A stretch of 64,000 bases of DNA from Cytophagales bacterium (GCA_024232295.1 JAAEPT010000154.1:9612-73611), one strand, 5' to 3'. Positions 46,522 to 54,775 are shown, counted from the stretch's first letter. Numbers and translations: made by a program. Notes: generated from the sequence alone by a model not told the origin.

Positions 46522-47633
46522 ATTATTTCTGTTAAGGCAGTTGCCAAATTTATAATTTCTTGATCAGTGTTATGGACGTGTAGGCAAATACGCAAACGTT
46601 CTGTTCCCTCAGGAACTGTAGGACTCATGATTGGACGAATGTCAAATCCTCTATTTTGAAGTTTTTGAGCAACTTCCCTTACATAATCATTCCCTTTGCA
46701 TAGTACCACTTGAATAGGGCTATGACTCTCAACAAATGTATTTTTGAAATTGTTTTTGAAGAGTTGAATTTTATGTTCTAGCTCCTTCTGTAAATGAGTT
46801 TGTGCTTTCAACACTTCATAAGCAGAACGAATCGCTAATAAACTATGAACAGGAGCACTTGTGGTATAAATAAACTGTCTCGAAAAATTCACCAAATAAT
46901 CTTTTAAGACTTGGCTTCCCACAATACAAGCCCCATGAGCACCAATTCCCTTTCCAAATGTATGGATTCTTGCAAAAACATGATTTTCTAGTCCTAAAGC
47001 ACAAACCAAACCTGCACCATTTTCTCCAAACACACCAGTACTATGTGCTTCATCTACCACCAAATAAGCTTGATATTTTTGACACAAGTCAACTAATTCT
47101 TCTAAAGGAGAAGCATCACCATCCATGGAATAAATAGATTCTACTGCCACAAAAATATTCCCTTCTGCTTTTTGAAGTCTTTTTTCTAAATGGGTAAGGT
47201 TATTATGACGAAAAGAATAACGATTGGCTACACTCAAACGGATTCCATCCTTGACACAAGCATGAATCAAACTATCATACAAAATAGTATCTCCCTTTTG
47301 AGGAATAGTCACAAAGAAAGCCATATTTGCTACATAACCAGCATTGAATAACAAAGCACTTTCAGCATGATGTATAATAGCCAATTGAGTTTCTAAGTCC
47401 TCAAAGTATTGATTATTTCCTGCAAGTAAACGAGAACCTCCTGTGCCTATTTGTTGATGAGTTTCTTTGTAATAGTTAGCAGTCTTTTGTTGAACAAATG
47501 GATTACGAGCCAAACCCAAATAATCATTGGACACAAAGTCAACCATATCTTCACTAGAAGATGGTAGTTTTCTCAAAAGATTCATCTCTTGACGCTTTGT
47601 CAAGTCTGCTTTCAATTTTTCTTCAATTTTCAC
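46503..47633 (-). CDS. bioF: 8-amino-7-oxononanoate synthase
   Basis: NDYLGLA...DEAHSTGVFG...TFGKGIGAHG (PLP-Lys context). GTG start. Confidence 0.9.
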   Translation of the reverse strand: MKIEEKLKADLTKRQEMNLLRKLPSSSEDMVDFVSNDYLGLARNPFVQQKTANYYKETHQQIGTGGSRLLAGNNQYFEDLETQLAIIHHAESALLFNAGYVANMAFFVTIPQKGDTILYDSLIHACVKDGIRLSVANRYSFRHNNLTHLEKRLQKAEGNIFVAVESIYSMDGDASPLEELVDLCQKYQAYLVVDEAHSTGVFGENGAGLVCALGLENHVFARIHTFGKGIGAHGACIVGSQVLKDYLVNFSRQFIYTTSAPVHSLLAIRSAYEVLKAQTHLQKELEHKIQLFKNNFKNTFVESHSPIQVVLCKGNDYVREVAQKLQNRGFDIRPIMSPTVPEGTERLRICLHVHNTDQEIINLATALTEIICQDTL

Positions 47634-47705
47634 AAAAACAAAGTTAAAAAAATATGATTTAAAAAACTGACTTTGTATTTTTCAGCATTTTAGAACAAGA
47701 AAGAA

Positions 47706-49058
47706 ATGCAAAAGATAAAAAATATTTTATTTGAAGAAGTTGACAATAGTAGCCTAGCACTTTATAGAATGATGTTCGGTTTTCTGTTGAGTGCAGAAGG
47801 CTTTGGAGCTATTATGACTGGCTGGGTTAGACGTGTTTTTGTTGAACCTCAATACAACTTCACTGCCATTGGTTTGGAATGGATGCAAACTCCTTCTGGT
47901 TATTTTATGTATGGTGTATATGCTCTACTAGGCATTCTGGGTATTTGTATCATGCTTGGTTATCATTATAGACTAAGTTCGATATTGTATTTTATCATTT
48001 GGACTTGTGTATACCTAATGCAAAAAAGTAGTTACAATAACCATTATTACTTGATGGTATTATTGACAGGGATACTCATTATTCTTCCTGCCCACCGATA
48101 TGCAAGTTTAGATGCCAAAAGAGACCCAAATATTGCTTCTGATACCTGTCCTCGCTGGATTACGTTATTTTTCATACTTCAACTTTGGATTGTTTATACC
48201 TATGCATCTCTTCATAAAGTATATCCAGATTGGTTAGCAGGTAGAACCATTGGTCTTTGGTTTGATTATAAAGCGGAAGTAATGCCTGAGTTAGCTTTTA
48301 TGAAAGGCTTACTTACAAATTCCGACTTTCAATTAGTCATTTCTTATTTAGGAATTGCCTATGATGGTTTAATTATCCCATTACTTCTGTGGAAGCGTAC
48401 TCGTTGGATTGGTATTTTGGCATCTTTTGGATTTCACCTTTTTAATTCGTTGGTATTTCAAATTGGTGTATTCCCTTATATGTCACTTATCTTCTTAGTT
48501 TTCTTCTTTCCAGTAGAAGTCGTTCAGAAACGATTCTTTAAAAAGAAAGTGATTGAAAAATCAATACCAACTTCTGCACAAAAACAAAACCTAATTATAG
48601 GCTTTTTGGCAATCTATTTTATCCTACAGATTGGTTTGCCTTTGCGTCACCACCTGTTTGAAGGAAATGTATTTTGGACAGAAGAGGGTCATAAACTATC
48701 ATGGAGAATGATGCTGAGAAGTAAGCATGGTCATGCTAATTTTTATGTTATCAATCCAGAAACAAAAAAGAAAAAACACATTAAGCTCAAGAAACACTTT
48801 AGTGAGAAGCAAATTAGAGGAATTATCAAAAACCCTGATATGGCTTGGCAAGCAGCTCAATTTCTAGCAAAATATTATACAGAAAAACATGGTTTTAAAG
48901 AACCAGAAATCCGTGCTCGCATCAGAGTTTCGCTAAATGGAGGACCTTATAGAGTACTAATTGATGATGATATAGACCTTGCTCATACTTCTTGGAAACT
49001 ATTCTCTCATAATGAATGGATTCATTATTATGGGTTTGGAGAGGATTTAAAATACTAA
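47706..49058 (+). CDS. HTTM-domain protein (vitamin K-dependent gamma-carboxylase-like)
   Basis: N-terminus VDNSSLALYRMMFGFLLSAEGFG, polytopic core, then EEGHKLSWRMMLRSKHG, which is typical of VKGC-like proteins. Confidence 0.75.
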   Translation: MQKIKNILFEEVDNSSLALYRMMFGFLLSAEGFGAIMTGWVRRVFVEPQYNFTAIGLEWMQTPSGYFMYGVYALLGILGICIMLGYHYRLSSILYFIIWTCVYLMQKSSYNNHYYLMVLLTGILIILPAHRYASLDAKRDPNIASDTCPRWITLFFILQLWIVYTYASLHKVYPDWLAGRTIGLWFDYKAEVMPELAFMKGLLTNSDFQLVISYLGIAYDGLIIPLLLWKRTRWIGILASFGFHLFNSLVFQIGVFPYMSLIFLVFFFPVEVVQKRFFKKKVIEKSIPTSAQKQNLIIGFLAIYFILQIGLPLRHHLFEGNVFWTEEGHKLSWRMMLRSKHGHANFYVINPETKKKKHIKLKKHFSEKQIRGIIKNPDMAWQAAQFLAKYYTEKHGFKEPEIRARIRVSLNGGPYRVLIDDDIDLAHTSWKLFSHNEWIHYYGFGEDLKY

Positions 49059-49117
49059 AAATCAAATAAAAAACATTTTCTTAACATTGAGAGAACGATA
49101 AGTCAATAAGTGTTTAA

Positions 49118-49125
49118 TATGTTTG
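49118..49125 (+). promoter_or_regulatory. candidate -7 promoter box (TAnnTTTG)
   Basis: TATGTTTG, 24 nt upstream of ATG 49149. Confidence 0.3.
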
Positions 49126-49148
49126 TATCATCATAAAACAAGTACATA

Positions 49149-49460
49149 ATGTTCAAAAAATTATTCTTTATCAGCCTTATCACAATGTTTAATATTGCCT
49201 TTGCAGGTAGCAACTCTATTACAGGAAAGGTAATTGATAAGAATGGTATCGAAGCTCTTACAGGTGCAGAGGTAACTATCAAAGAATTAGGAAAAACATT
49301 TTATACAGACTTTGATGGTCGTTTCCACATTCCGAATTTAGACCAAAGCAAAACATACACTCTGGTTATACACTTTGTTTCTTATGATGAAAAAGTAATT
49401 CATAATTTAAGCCCACAAGATATCCAAAGAGGTCTTGTGATTACATTAGCAAAGCAATAA
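49149..49460 (+). CDS. small secreted carboxypeptidase-regulatory-like (CarboxypepD_reg) domain protein
   Basis: Signal peptide, then GKVIDKNGIEALTGAEVTIKELGKTFYTDFDGRFHIPNL. Confidence 0.6.
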   Translation: MFKKLFFISLITMFNIAFAGSNSITGKVIDKNGIEALTGAEVTIKELGKTFYTDFDGRFHIPNLDQSKTYTLVIHFVSYDEKVIHNLSPQDIQRGLVITLAKQ

Positions 49461-49488
49461 CACAACATAATCACTCATATTAACACAG

Positions 49489-49517
49489 AAAGGTTGCCAA
49501 TTGGCAACCTTTTTTTA
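49489..49517 (+). terminator. rho-independent terminator
   Basis: AAAGGTTGCC-aatt-GGCAACCTTT followed by a T-run. Confidence 0.75.
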
Positions 49518-49547
49518 TTACCTTATTTTTACCAAAATTATTCTTTT

Positions 49548-49612
49548 GTTAATATTTGTTAACAATTAATTAACATTATAAAAACTTTTCCTTTATATTT
49601 ACGTTAATTAAT
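49548..49612 (+). promoter_or_regulatory. cluster of GTTAA(T/C) / TTAATTAAC motifs upstream of the MORN-repeat gene
   Basis: GTTAAT 49548, GTTAAC 49558, TTAATTAAC 49566, GTTAATTAAT 49603. Confidence 0.25.
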
Positions 49613-49644
49613 ACAAGCAGTAGATGTTGGATCATTAAAAGTAG

Positions 49645-50109
49645 ATGGATATGAGAAAGTACTTTGCATTAACAATCGCCCTATTAGGTTTCGTATTTCT
49701 TTCAAATGCGAATGAAATTATAAAACAAAACAATCTTTATTATTTAGATGGAGAAGTATTTTCTGGAAAGTTAATGAATCATCATGATAATGGTAACATT
49801 ATGTATGAAGCTCATTTCTTGAATGGTAAACATCACGGTCTTATCAAACATTACTATGAAAATGGTCAACTAAAAGAAGTTGGAAATTTTGTAAATGGAA
49901 AGAAACATGGAACATGGACATACTGGGATGAAGCAGGGCACAAAATCAGTGTTGCTTCTTATAAAGATGGACAAAAACATGGAATATGGACTGTTCTTCA
50001 TAAAAATAAAGAAGTACGATATTTAATGACTTATGAAAATGGTCAAAGAACAGGTACTTGGAAAATTTTTGATGAAAATGGAAATTTAGTTTCCAAAAAA
50101 GAATACTAA
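49645..50109 (+). CDS. secreted MORN-variant repeat protein (YwqK-like)
   Basis: Signal peptide. Repeats YENGQLKEVGNFVNGKKHGTWTYWDEAGHK / YKDGQKHGIWT / YENGQRTGTWKIFDENGNL. Confidence 0.75.
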   Translation: MDMRKYFALTIALLGFVFLSNANEIIKQNNLYYLDGEVFSGKLMNHHDNGNIMYEAHFLNGKHHGLIKHYYENGQLKEVGNFVNGKKHGTWTYWDEAGHKISVASYKDGQKHGIWTVLHKNKEVRYLMTYENGQRTGTWKIFDENGNLVSKKEY

Positions 50110-50134
50110 AATACCACACTTTTGATATAAAGGC

Positions 50135-50226
50135 GGGGATACTAATTATTACGACAACAAAATCTTAATAGTAGATTTATTTTTCAGAACACCAATCGTA
50201 ATATTTTTTAGGTATCTCCTTTTTTT
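50135..50226 (+). ncRNA. candidate structured RNA element or extended terminator
   Basis: Nested pairings GGGGATAC/GTATCTCC (one G-U), ATTACGA/TCGTAAT and AATCT/AGATT, followed by T7. Confidence 0.25.
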
Positions 50227-50320
50227 ATGCCCTTTTCCAAAGACAGGAAAACAGGCAAGTTTTTTGTTTATTCTGCACTATCCTGTAATTTTAAGCTAAG
50301 AATTTTTAACTAGACGAGAT

Positions 50321-51478
50321 ATGGCAAAAATCTTAATAATAGATGATGAAGCGAGCATCCGCTACACATTACGTGAAATTTTAGAGTTTGAAAAGTATGA
50401 TATTGATGAAGCTCCTGATGGTGTAGAGGGATTCAAAAAAATCGAAGAAAATAATTATGATGTTGTTCTCTGTGATATCAAAATGCCTAAAATGGACGGT
50501 ATTGAGGTTTTAGAAAAAGCAATGAGTCTAGAGAAGGATACTCAATTCATCATGATTTCTGCTCACGGAACCATTGAAACAGCTGTGGATGCTACCAAAA
50601 AAGGAGCATTTGACTTTATTCCAAAACCACCAGATTTGAACAGGCTATTGGTAACATTGCGTAATGCTTTGGATAAATCGAATTTAGTGGTGGAGACAAA
50701 AAAGCTGAAAAAGAAAATCTCTAAAAAACATGAGATGGTAGGCGAATCTGTTACAATGCTTGAAGTCAAAACGATGATTGATAAAGTCGCTCCTACTGAT
50801 GCTCGTGTTATGATCAATGGACCAAATGGTGCTGGTAAAGAATTAGTAGCCAAACAATTACACGAAAAAAGTAATCGTGCAAAAGCATCTTTAATAGAAG
50901 TGAACTGTGCAGCAATACCAAGTGAGTTGATCGAAAGTGAACTATTTGGTCATGAAAAAGGAGCTTTCACAGGGGCTTCCGCCAAGCGTATTGGTAAATT
51001 TGAACAAGCAAATGGTGGTACTTTATTTTTGGACGAAATTGGGGATATGAGCCTTTCTGCACAAGCAAAAGTATTGCGTGCATTACAAGAAAAGGAAATC
51101 ACTCGTGTAGGAGGAAATAAAAGTACAAAAGTTGATGTACGTGTCATTGCAGCAACTAATAAAGATCTTTATAAGGAAATTGAGGAAGGAAACTTTAGAG
51201 AAGATTTATATCATCGCCTAAGTGTGATTGTTATTAAAGTTCCTGCTCTCAAAGAAAGAAAAGATGATATTCCAGCATTGGTAGAAAAGTTCTTATATGA
51301 CATTGCCAAAGATTATGGTAACAAACCAAAGATGATTGATGTGAAAGCGATCAAAAAACTACAAAGTTTGGATTGGTCTGGAAATATTAGAGAGCTTCGT
51401 AATGTGATCGAACGATTGGTGATTATGAGTGACAAAAGCATTACAGAAGACGATGTAAACAAATACGTTATTCTTTAA
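50321..51478 (+). CDS. sigma-54-dependent response regulator lacking a C-terminal HTH
   Basis: Receiver (ILIIDDE...DVVLCDIKMP), AAA+ (NGPNGAGKE, GAFTGA, LFLDEI, NIRELRN). The protein ends about 25 aa after sensor II. Confidence 0.9.
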   Translation: MAKILIIDDEASIRYTLREILEFEKYDIDEAPDGVEGFKKIEENNYDVVLCDIKMPKMDGIEVLEKAMSLEKDTQFIMISAHGTIETAVDATKKGAFDFIPKPPDLNRLLVTLRNALDKSNLVVETKKLKKKISKKHEMVGESVTMLEVKTMIDKVAPTDARVMINGPNGAGKELVAKQLHEKSNRAKASLIEVNCAAIPSELIESELFGHEKGAFTGASAKRIGKFEQANGGTLFLDEIGDMSLSAQAKVLRALQEKEITRVGGNKSTKVDVRVIAATNKDLYKEIEEGNFREDLYHRLSVIVIKVPALKERKDDIPALVEKFLYDIAKDYGNKPKMIDVKAIKKLQSLDWSGNIRELRNVIERLVIMSDKSITEDDVNKYVIL

Positions 51479-51502
51479 TCATTATAAGTAGCATTTAATC
51501 TT

Positions 51503-51979
51503 ATGCGTTATATCATCGCAATTTTTGCATCACTTTCTCTCATTGCTTGTTCGCAATACAAAGATTGTGGCACAGAACAAAATCCTAACTTATCCATTGG
51601 TTTCTTTGATCAAGAAGAAGGAGAATATATATTAAATGATGTCACAATTAGAGCTTTGGACACCAATTATACAGATTCTATCTTGGTTGATGATCAAGAT
51701 ATTTCTTTCTTTGAAGTATCGCCCAATCCTCACTTAGATAGTAGCTCATTTGTTATTACAGTTGATACATTAGTTGACACACTTACTATTATTCATAGTA
51801 ATACAAAAGGATCTCCTTCTATTGAATGTGAATTTACCATGAGTTTTGACATTAAAGAGATAAAACATAGTAATAATATTATCCAATCTAGTGAGATTAA
51901 TAACCCAATTGTAGAAGAATTAAACAATACTAATGATGATTCAGAAGAAGCTATTTATAATCTTCATCTCTTTTTTTAG
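51503..51979 (+). CDS. hypothetical lipoprotein
   Basis: MRYIIAIFASLSLIACSQY lipobox. Confidence 0.5.
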   Translation: MRYIIAIFASLSLIACSQYKDCGTEQNPNLSIGFFDQEEGEYILNDVTIRALDTNYTDSILVDDQDISFFEVSPNPHLDSSSFVITVDTLVDTLTIIHSNTKGSPSIECEFTMSFDIKEIKHSNNIIQSSEINNPIVEELNNTNDDSEEAIYNLHLFF

Positions 51980-52646
51980 TGTCTTTTCTAGTTGGGGACA
52001 AGAAAAAGAGGATAGTGTACACATTGTTGAAAATGGTATTCGTTTGAATATTGAACTTATTCGCCCAATACTAACATTTGCACAAGAAAACTACACTGCC
52101 TATGACTTTTCTGTAGATGTCGGAATTAAACCTAAATTGTTGCTAGAAGTAGAAGGAGGGTATCATAGTAGACTTGAGCAAGAAACAAGTTTTGATTACT
52201 CTGTGAGTGGCACATATTTCCGAGTAGGTGTATTGCATAATTTTCTAGACATTGAAACAGCAAAAAGAAACTTATTTTTCGGAGGAATAAGTTATGGTTT
52301 GGCAATTGCTGAGCATCAAGTTGATAATGCAATCATATATGACCAATATTGGGGGAATGTTAATAACTTTGATGCAATAGAAAGTTTTTCTGCTCATTGG
52401 GGAGAATTAAGTGTAGGAATGAAGACACCTGTTGTAGGTAATTTATTTCTAGGGTTTACTTTAAAAGGAAAGCTATTATTGTACAACACAAATACATTAT
52501 CAGAACGCCCTTATATACCTGGTTTTGGTTTACCAAATAATTCATCGCTCAAAACAGGTATTAGCTTTCACTACTATTTAAGTTATCGTTTTCCTTTCAA
52601 AAAAGGACTTGTCCATCATCATGATGAGCATGATCACAAACATTAA
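51933..52646 (+). CDS. putative outer-membrane protein with His-rich C-terminus
   Basis: Signal peptide MMIQKKLFIIFISFFSVFSSWGQ, beta-strand-like pattern, tail VHHHDEHDHKH. Confidence 0.5.
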   Translation: MMIQKKLFIIFISFFSVFSSWGQEKEDSVHIVENGIRLNIELIRPILTFAQENYTAYDFSVDVGIKPKLLLEVEGGYHSRLEQETSFDYSVSGTYFRVGVLHNFLDIETAKRNLFFGGISYGLAIAEHQVDNAIIYDQYWGNVNNFDAIESFSAHWGELSVGMKTPVVGNLFLGFTLKGKLLLYNTNTLSERPYIPGFGLPNNSSLKTGISFHYYLSYRFPFKKGLVHHHDEHDHKH

Positions 52647-52657
52647 AACAATGAAAA

Positions 52658-52690
52658 AGCCCACTGTTTCTTAACAATGGGCTTTCTTAT
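52658..52690. terminator. bidirectional terminator (related to the AGCCATTG hairpin family)
   Basis: AGCCCACTGTT / AACAATGGGCT (one mismatch) followed by a T-rich tract. Confidence 0.55.
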
Positions 52691-52713
52691 TTTTATCCTA
52701 TTTTTCACAGAAC

Positions 52714-53316
52714 TTATTCAGTTGTTTTTCTAATCACCTTTCCAGGTACACCTACTACAAAAGAATAATCAGGTAGGTTTTGAGTAATCACAGCTCCAGC
52801 ACCAATTACACACCATTTACCAATTGTGATGCGTGGAATGACAGTAGCTCCTGCTCCGATATGTGTTCCCTTTCCTACTTTCACATTATCACATAATGTC
52901 ACTTTTGGAGAAATATGAGCAAAATCTTCAATGATACAACTGTGATCAATAGAAGAACTTGTATTTATAATACAATGTTTACCAACTTTAGCCCCAGATT
53001 GTAAAACTGTATTGTGCATAATTACTGAGCCTTCTCCTACATGTGCGTAATCAGAAACAATAGCACTAGAATGAATTGCTTTTCCAAATTGATGCTTAAT
53101 ATCTTTGACCACATTCTTACGCAATTGATTATCTCCAATTGAAATAACGATTTCTTGTTCGGCTAAATAATTAGGGTCATAAGGACCTAAAACATCAAAA
53201 CCATTCAAGGAAAGAAGTTCTGACTTATCATCAAAAATTCCACCCACTTCTTGGTTGTGAGATAAAATACAATCCATTACCACTTTGGCATGTCCGCCCG
53301 CTCCGTACAACAACAT
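52714..53316 (-). CDS. hexapeptide-repeat sugar N/O-acetyltransferase (NeuD/PglD-like)
   Basis: Start MLLYGAGGHAKVVMD (ATG 53316). C-terminal left-handed beta-helix repeats (IGAGATVIPRITIGKWCVIGAGAVI). Confidence 0.8.
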   Translation of the reverse strand: MLLYGAGGHAKVVMDCILSHNQEVGGIFDDKSELLSLNGFDVLGPYDPNYLAEQEIVISIGDNQLRKNVVKDIKHQFGKAIHSSAIVSDYAHVGEGSVIMHNTVLQSGAKVGKHCIINTSSSIDHSCIIEDFAHISPKVTLCDNVKVGKGTHIGAGATVIPRITIGKWCVIGAGAVITQNLPDYSFVVGVPGKVIRKTTE

Positions 53317-53320
53317 ATTT

Positions 53321-53929
53321 TTATTTTTTATATCCTTTAAATTTTTCCATCGATAATCCTTCTTTCGCATTTACTGTATTGCTTGAAAAGATCAAAGTAT
53401 AGAATGTCAAAATTACGATTTTTACGAAAAAAAAAAACGAAATGTTTTCAACATACCACACATCATATTCAAAACGTTCTTCCCAATCAACAGAATTACG
53501 TCCTTTTATCTGTGCCCAACCCGTAATACCTGGCTTTTGATGATGTCTTCTTAAGTGACGTTCACTATACAAATGAAAGTATTCAACCAATAAAGGTCGT
53601 GGACCAATAAAACTCATTTCTCCCCTAATAATGTTCCATAACTGTGGCAATTCATCCAAAGATGTTGTTCTTAGAAAATGTCCCCAAGGAGTAATTCTTT
53701 TGGCTTCTGGTAATAGCCTTCCCTGTTCATCTTGTTGCATATTCATGGTACAAAATTTCCAAATAATAAACTCCTTTCCTTGATAGCCAATGCGTCTTTG
53801 CTTAAAAAAAATAGAAGGATATGAACTAAAATAAGATAAAAGAGAAATCAATATAAAAACAGGGAATAAAAAAAGGAGCCCTATAGAGGCAAATATCAAA
53901 TCAATTACTCGTTTTAGCTTTTTATACAT
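53321..53929 (-). CDS. undecaprenyl-phosphate sugar phosphotransferase (bacterial sugar transferase, PglC/WbaP C-terminal type)
   Basis: Start MYKKLKRVIDLIFASIGLLFLFPVF (ATG 53929). DELPQLWNIIRGEMSFIGPRP signature. The longer track ORF would overlap ispE. Confidence 0.85.
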   Translation of the reverse strand: MYKKLKRVIDLIFASIGLLFLFPVFILISLLSYFSSYPSIFFKQRRIGYQGKEFIIWKFCTMNMQQDEQGRLLPEAKRITPWGHFLRTTSLDELPQLWNIIRGEMSFIGPRPLLVEYFHLYSERHLRRHHQKPGITGWAQIKGRNSVDWEERFEYDVWYVENISFFFFVKIVILTFYTLIFSSNTVNAKEGLSMEKFKGYKK

Positions 53930-53936
53930 ATATTTG
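53929..53936 (+). promoter_or_regulatory. candidate -7 promoter box (TAnnTTTG) for ispE
   Basis: TATATTTG, 28 nt upstream of ATG 53964. Confidence 0.3.
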
Positions 53937-53963
53937 AAAATCGTTGACTCAAAGTAAAAAATC

Positions 53964-54770
53964 ATGATTAGCTTTCCAAATGCAAAAATCAACATTGGTT
54001 TATTTATCACTGAAAAAAGAGCAGATGGTTTCCATAACTTGGAATCATGTTTTTTTCCTGTTCCTTGGAAAGATATTTTAGAAATCATTCCTAACGACAC
54101 ACTCAAATTCACGAGTTCAGGAATTGATATACCAGGGAATTCTGATAATAATCTTTGTTTAAAAGCCTTTCATTTGCTAGCAAAAGATTTCAAAATTGAG
54201 AATGTACACATTCATTTGCATAAAAATATACCAATTGGAGCCGGTTTAGGTGGTGGCTCTGCTGACGCTTCCTTTACTTTAAAAATGCTCAATGAATTAT
54301 TTGCATTAAATTTAAGTAATGAGCAATTAGAAAACTACGCAAAACAACTAGGAAGTGATTGTGCATTCTTCATAAAAAATGAAGCTACTTTTGCTTATGA
54401 AAAAGGGGATGTTTTCAAACCATTAAATTTATCTTTGGAAGGAAAGTACATTGTTCTAGTAAACCCTAATATTCATATTTCTACTCAAGAGGCTTATAGT
54501 GGGGTAAAACCTAATTCTGCTTCTATTGATCTGCTTTCATACCTAGGAAAAAATGATATTTCTACTTGGAAGGATACAGTACATAATAATTTTGAAGATT
54601 CAATTTTCCCAAATCATTCTATAATCAAAAACATCAAAGAAGAGCTTTATAAACAAGGGGCATTGTATGCAAGTATGTCTGGTTCTGGTTCTACTTTATT
54701 TGGAATCTTCGAAAAAGAAATAGACTTAAACCCTTTCCAAGATTATATGACACTACAAGAAAAGTTGTAA
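53964..54770 (+). CDS. ispE: 4-(cytidine 5'-diphospho)-2-C-methyl-D-erythritol kinase
   Basis: PNAKINIGLFITEKRADGFHNLES...IPIGAGLGGGSADAS (GHMP motif). Confidence 0.9.
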   Translation: MISFPNAKINIGLFITEKRADGFHNLESCFFPVPWKDILEIIPNDTLKFTSSGIDIPGNSDNNLCLKAFHLLAKDFKIENVHIHLHKNIPIGAGLGGGSADASFTLKMLNELFALNLSNEQLENYAKQLGSDCAFFIKNEATFAYEKGDVFKPLNLSLEGKYIVLVNPNIHISTQEAYSGVKPNSASIDLLSYLGKNDISTWKDTVHNNFEDSIFPNHSIIKNIKEELYKQGALYASMSGSGSTLFGIFEKEIDLNPFQDYMTLQEKL

Positions 54771-54775
54771 AACAA

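Noticed and set aside
53930-54112. N-terminal extension of the sugar-transferase ORF overlapping ispE
   Set aside because: The family-typical N-terminus (MYKKLKRVIDLIFA...TM helix) begins at ATG 53929. The extension would overlap the well-supported ispE by about 150 nt on the opposite strand.
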